This document shows positions 63,353 to 63,447 of a stretch of 63,447 nt of DNA, piece by piece. Both the position numbers and the translations under genes were made by a program. The notes under the pieces are model-generated. The model did no database searches and was not told the DNA's origin. It worked only from the letters and a program-made list of their open reading frames with translations. Numbering within the stretch: the stretch's first letter is position 1; each line of letters starts with the position of its first letter. This stretch comes from Catajapyx aquilonaris (Eukaryota), in the NCBI GenBank assembly GCA_000934665.2, contig KZ538536.1, positions 1 to 63,447 of the forward strand, written 5' to 3'.

Positions 63353-63447
63353 GGGGGAGGATTCACAAAAGAGCGCAAGGGGATACACCTGCGTAAGTTT
63401 AGTTCATTTTTCGCCACCGGGGCAGTGGCGCTGCGAGTTGGATTCAC
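63353..63447. mobile_element. Probable left end of a PIF/Harbinger-like insertion
   Basis: Homology breaks abruptly at GGGGGAGGATTCACAAAAG, and GGATTCAC recurs at the window end. The other terminus is not visible. Confidence 0.5.

Larger units (their letters stand above)
59283..63396 (+). pseudogene. Second C2H2 zinc-finger paralogue, interrupted in its first array finger
   Basis: Exon 59283-59636 and an exon from 63235. Homology to copy A stops after FSCQMCKRNF (63352), followed by unrelated sequence and a stop at 63394-63396. The remainder lies outside the window. Confidence 0.72.

Overview
Eukaryotic, almost certainly arthropod, genomic DNA: spliceosomal GT-AG introns, gustatory receptors and a divergent ionotropic receptor. 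No prokaryotic operons, CRISPR arrays, rRNA or true tRNA genes were seen. Exon models were built by hand with frame and phase checks. Left to right: (1) a TE-rich 1-8 kb segment with a Sola1-like element, a P/hAT-like MITE, a nested inverted-repeat/Helitron complex, a GNA-triloop hairpin cluster and a Tyr-rich heptad ORF; (2) a gustatory receptor (GR) array of 4 intact 3-exon genes, 1 truncated gene and relics, split by a 2-kb foldback element; (3) USP12/46 on the minus strand with a Gypsy relic in an intron; (4) a centrin-3-like gene; (5) SNAPC3 head-to-head with a short, divergent ubinuclein/yemanuclein-like gene; (6) an intronless ionotropic receptor (IR) broken by a 5-bp duplication; (7) a tandemly duplicated IR + C2H2 zinc-finger cassette, with one intact-looking ZNF, one TE-interrupted ZNF and a ZNF-IR fusion relic. 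Many MITEs, two tRNA-derived SINEs and four Helitron copies are present, several with an empty site visible in the paralogous block. The best novelty candidates are the ZNF family (solitary N-terminal finger, IKEE SUMO motifs, changes concentrated at DNA-contact residues) co-duplicated with an IR, the strand-biased GNA-hairpin cluster, the inverted and amplified MITE junction in a microsatellite, and the overlapping uORF of USP12/46. All family assignments come from motif recognition, not database searches.
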